From: Octopus bimaculoides
Taxonomy: Eukaryota
Length of the DNA: 35,681 nucleotides
Assembly (NCBI RefSeq): GCF_001194135.2
Contig: NC_068982.1
Coordinates: 100,449,085-100,484,765, forward strand
Reading direction: 5' to 3'
A model generated the notes under the pieces. It was not told the origin of the DNA. It was given only the letters and a program-made list of their open reading frames with translations, and made no database searches. The translations under genes were made by a program, and so were the position numbers. Of this stretch, positions 31,817 to 35,681 are shown in pieces (within the stretch, counting starts at the first letter, position 1; each line of letters opens with the position of its first letter).

Positions 31817-33221
31817 TCAGCTGGTAGGCTAAACCAAGTGAGATGGTATTAATACTGCATCTGTAGGCGAAAGACTCCGGATAAAGCTTCCTAAAAAGTC
31901 ACTAGCAAGAGCAGAGAAACCTGCTTAGGTCAACAATCTAGCGTTTAGGGATACTGCGTGTTTCAGGTAGAGGCACACAGTTATGGTTAACAGTTTGGAG
32001 AGGAATGGGTACTACCAAGCTAACTTGCCCATGTACATTCATGATGATGAAAACCAGACCAGAACTCATAACGGGGTTAACATCAAAGAGTGAACAGGCC
32101 TTAATTTCGCAGAATCACAGAGGGTAACAGAAAACCGAGAGAAGTCGCAAAATCGGGTGCGACGTCACCAAGGAATCCCACCGACCACTCAGTTATGGAA
32201 TAGGCAGGCAGGCAGGAAAGAAGCAAGGAAGACTAACAAAGGTACATCAAGACGTAAGTGGATTTGAAAAAGCTTCTCTGAGAATATGTATATTTAACGT
32301 ACGATGTATTGTATTTATTGATTTGGGCTGTGTCGCCATTTACATAGATGAGGATGTTTGAAAGAATCTGCGTTTGAAATCAGGGGATCATTAAGAAATC
32401 TCATTGTTATTTGATTTATTCCTATGTAATCACTTCTTATTTATTCCATTTACACAATACTTTGAAACCATTTTCAATTAAAAGTCGCTGTTTTTTTTTA
32501 ATACTTAATGAAATATTTAGTTTAGAAATATTTTTCATGGTGGTATTATTGAGCCTTCGCTAACTCTCCATGAAGAACACAAGAAGTAGTAGCAAGAAAC
32601 AGTGACTAACAACGCCTTGTTTATAAACGACATATCGTTACACTCTGTCCGCCTCTTAACCCTTTGTATGTCTAAATACTTTGCATAAGTTTCTCATCAA
32701 CGCCCATGCTTGTTTTCAAACTTTTATGACTTTTAGTTAGCCTTTGTTTCGTAGATTGTGAGTAATATAAATCTTTCTTTTCGTAAGTCTTAAGTTACTC
32801 TAACAGTATCTGTCAGATTCTCAGCTAAGGGCTAACTCAAATATGTGATGACAATCCATTTGAGTGCGGAAACGCAGAAATATCCTCACTTGATGTTAGG
32901 GCACGCAGTAAAACCACTGGGAGTGAGGGACCCCTCGCTGCTGTCACAACATCTTTCAAGGAGATATAAAACCTGTAGTTTCACATGATTACTGGTCATC
33001 TCGATTCAGCTTGTTACTAGTACTAATCACAGAGATTCAGAGTGTTACTAGTGTTGTAAAAACGTTTATTACCAGTTACTCTGGTGGTTGAAACAAATTG
33101 GAAATATGTATCGTATATGATGTATGAACGCCAGGGAAACATGTACTGCGTCTTATATGTGTGATACGCAGGACAGGCAAAAGGTTAAATATTGATTATC
33201 TCGTGCGTTCTGTTTCCTAAA

Positions 33222-33660
33222 TTGTGTAGCAGACTGGATTTGAAAGAAACATACCACCAGATTCCACACAATGGTATGATTAATATTCCAAGTACTTTTC
33301 AAAGAGTGATGGATGGTATAATTGCTGAGAATGCTGACACTGATAGCAAAGCAATTCACACCTATCTTGACGATGTTATTATCACTGGCAAAACTACTGA
33401 AGAGCACAATGGCAACTTGGCGCGATTTATTTCAGTCACTAAGAAACTTAACATTACATTGAACATTTACAAAAGTTATATATATTTTTTTTTTGTGCCA
33501 GACACGCTTGTTATTTGTTACAAAGTAGAAAATCACTCCTTGCAATCTGATCTGGAAAGTTTGAAAGCTCTTATTGATAACCCAACGCCGAGCTTTGCTA
33601 AACACAAACAAAGACTAATAGGCTTGTTAAGTTATCACTCTTCATGGGTGTCTCATTTGT
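33222..33660 (+). mobile_element. Ty3/Gypsy reverse transcriptase fragment
   Basis: SRLDLKETYHQIP, NIPSTFQRVMD, YLDDVIITGKTTEEH, PTPSFAKHKQRLIGLLSY in ORF 33192-33674. The segment between QIP and the MPFG motif is deleted; no LTRs recognised. Confidence 0.88.
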
Positions 33661-34207
33661 TGGCTGTAAAATAGATACTACAAAACTAATTGAAATATAT
33701 TTTCCTATATTATAAATTTGTCGTTTCTTTAGCTAGAAATCTTTCTTGCGTTGAATAAATATCCCCAGTCACTAAGAAGTAGTCTATGGCTATCATAGAA
33801 TGTATCTGAAAATGTAAACTTTATTTTCACTTCGAGGCTATTTTACATTAATTATTGCTTAACGAACGATCTCATTTATATTTAGTCACAAAATTAAAAG
33901 ATAAGTAAAGGATAAAAATATCATTTATTGGTGCGTAAAATTATTGCTCTATAATTCATAATGGTAAAGTCAACATTTGAGTTGTTCTCGGTAGATGTTC
34001 CTCCGTGACGACTTTTGTATCATTCTGAAGCGACTTGATTATAGCACCATATTGAATTTTATAACTTGACATATTCCTAAAAAGATGTTAAAAAATAAAT
34101 TTACGACGAATGTGAAAGTGCTGACTTGAAATCACGACCTACCAAGCTGATCTGTAACTACTATCTAGGCATCTCAGTGTTGACTTTTGTCATTATGTAA
34201 CTTTATT

Positions 34208-34346
34208 ATGTGTGTATGTATGTATTATTATGTATGCATATATGTATGTGTGTATGTATGCATGTATGTATGTATTATGTATGTATGCATGTATGTATGC
34301 ATGTATACATACATGTATGTATGTATTATGTATTATGTATGTATGT
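34208..34346. repeat. Degenerate (TATG)n
   Basis: Direct reading. Confidence 0.9.
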
Positions 34347-34349
34347 GAA

Positions 34350-34680
34350 GGCGCATGACTCAGTGGTTAGAGCGTCGAGCTTACGATCGTGAGGTTATGA
34401 GTTCGAATCCCGGACCGGGCTGCGTGTTGTATTCTTGAACAAGACACATTATTTCATGTTGCTTCAGTTTACTCAGCTGTAGAAATGAGTTGCGACGTCA
34501 CAGGTGCCAAGCTGTATCGGTCTTTGCCTTTCCCTTGGATAACATCAGTGGTGTGGAGAGGGGAGGCTGATATGCATGGGTGACAGCTGGTCTCCCATAA
34601 AACAACCTTGCCTGGACTTGTGCTTGGGAGGGTAACTTTCTAGGGTAACTTTTCTAGTGACTGAAGGGGGTCTCAGCTCA
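34350..34680 (+). mobile_element. tRNA-derived SINE family C, near full length
   Basis: A box TGACTCAGTGGT, B box GTTCGAATCC (34401-34410), body homologous to the 29040 copy; flanked by (TATG)n on both sides. Confidence 0.85.
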
Positions 34681-34970
34681 GCATGTATGTATGCATGTGC
34701 GTTATGTATGTATATATGCATGTATGCATGTATGTATGTATACATATATTATGTGTGCATGTATGTATGTACTATGTGTGTATGTATGCATGTGTGCATG
34801 TATGTATGTATTATGTATGTATGCATGTATGTATCCATGTATGTATTATGTATATATGTATTATGTATGTATGTGTATGTGTATGTGTGTGTATGTATGT
34901 ATGCATGTATGTGTGTGTGTATGTATGTATGTATGTATGTATGTATGTATGTATGTATGTATGTATGTAT
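34681..34970. repeat. Degenerate (TATG)n
   Basis: Direct reading. Confidence 0.9.
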
Positions 34971-34972
34971 TT

Positions 34973-35110
34973 GAAGACGTGTGACCTAGTTAGGATGGTA
35001 AATTTATGATGATAAATTCGGGGTTCGATTCTTGCACCAAGTGATGTATCGTGTAATTTAGAAAAGCATTTTATTTACGATTGCTCCTATCTATCCAGCT
35101 GAAAATGAAT
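34973..35110 (+). mobile_element. SINE family C, highly degraded
   Basis: gaagacgtgtgacctagtt head, B box GGTTCGATTC, ttatttacgattgctcc...ccagctgaaaatga. Confidence 0.5.
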
Positions 35111-35501
35111 ATCAGCCATGTGTTGGTGCAGTGATCCTCCTCTCCAGCTGTCACATTGTCGATGTTCTGATGGGTCGATGAGTGGGAGGGCCGAAAGGGT
35201 ATCTATTTCCGCATGCGACTACATTAGAGAAAGCGTTGTGCTTGCTAGCAAGTCACATTCGCTTGCGAGCAATGGCTAGTCATATACATACATACATACA
35301 TACATACATACAAAAAATGGGACAGGCATGTTTAAACCATCAAGTGTTCAAATGTTCAGAGAAATTTCAATGAGTTTCACAGGAATAGATAATAATATAA
35401 GTGTAAATGTCTGGTGACGATCCTAACAAATGTACATTATTGAAAGGTCAGTCATATTGAGTCTTTATAAAACAAGTGGAGAAGAAAGAGAAAAAAGTAG
35501 A

Positions 35502-35681
35502 GGCGAAGGAGTGGCTATGTGGTAAGAAGCTTGCTTCCCAACCACATGGTTCCGGGTTCAGTCCCACTGCGTGGCACCTTGGGCAAGTGTCTTCAAATAT
35601 AGCCTCGGGCTGATCAAAGCCTTGTGAGTAGATTTGGTAGACGGAAACTGGAAGAATCCCATCGTATATATATATATATAT
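35502..35681 (+). mobile_element. SINE family B, head and 5' body, truncated by the window end at (TA)n
   Basis: A box TGGCTATGTGG, B box GGTTCAGTCCC, CCTTGGGCAAGTGTCTTC. Confidence 0.9.

Noticed and set aside
34350-34412. tRNA gene (also 29040, 35502 and 21072)
   Set aside because: A and B boxes are present, but acceptor and anticodon stems do not pair and each continues into a SINE body.

Overview
Repeat-dense, AT-rich eukaryotic DNA with several assembly gaps (largest 958-1850, 14903-15340, 20495-20900). The SINE families and microsatellite load look like an octopod cephalopod genome (my inference, not database-checked). No host protein-coding gene, rRNA, true tRNA or CRISPR array can be supported, and most ORF-track entries are artefacts of N-runs or microsatellites. 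Contents: (1) a cluster of at least five co-oriented, degraded R4/Dong-like non-LTR retrotransposon fragments of several subfamilies at trinucleotide tracts, mostly (TAA)n (1851-10420), plus a minus-strand REL element next to (TATG)n (12721-13590); (2) a TIR-complete 1.3 kb mariner (D34D, defective); (3) an RTE-clade LINE fragment, Ty3/Gypsy gag and RT remnants, a Helentron-type non-autonomous element and a foldback MITE; (4) about 20 copies or fragments of at least three tRNA-derived SINE families; (5) many microsatellites. The most unusual small-scale structures are a near-canonical minimal hammerhead-ribozyme-like motif (26350-26386), a perfect 17-bp tandem array of palindromic kappaB-consensus sites (29621-29715), a 23-bp perfect hairpin that appears to record a template switch in a zinc knuckle (13295-13348), and a 124-bp inverted repeat pair (30861-31816).
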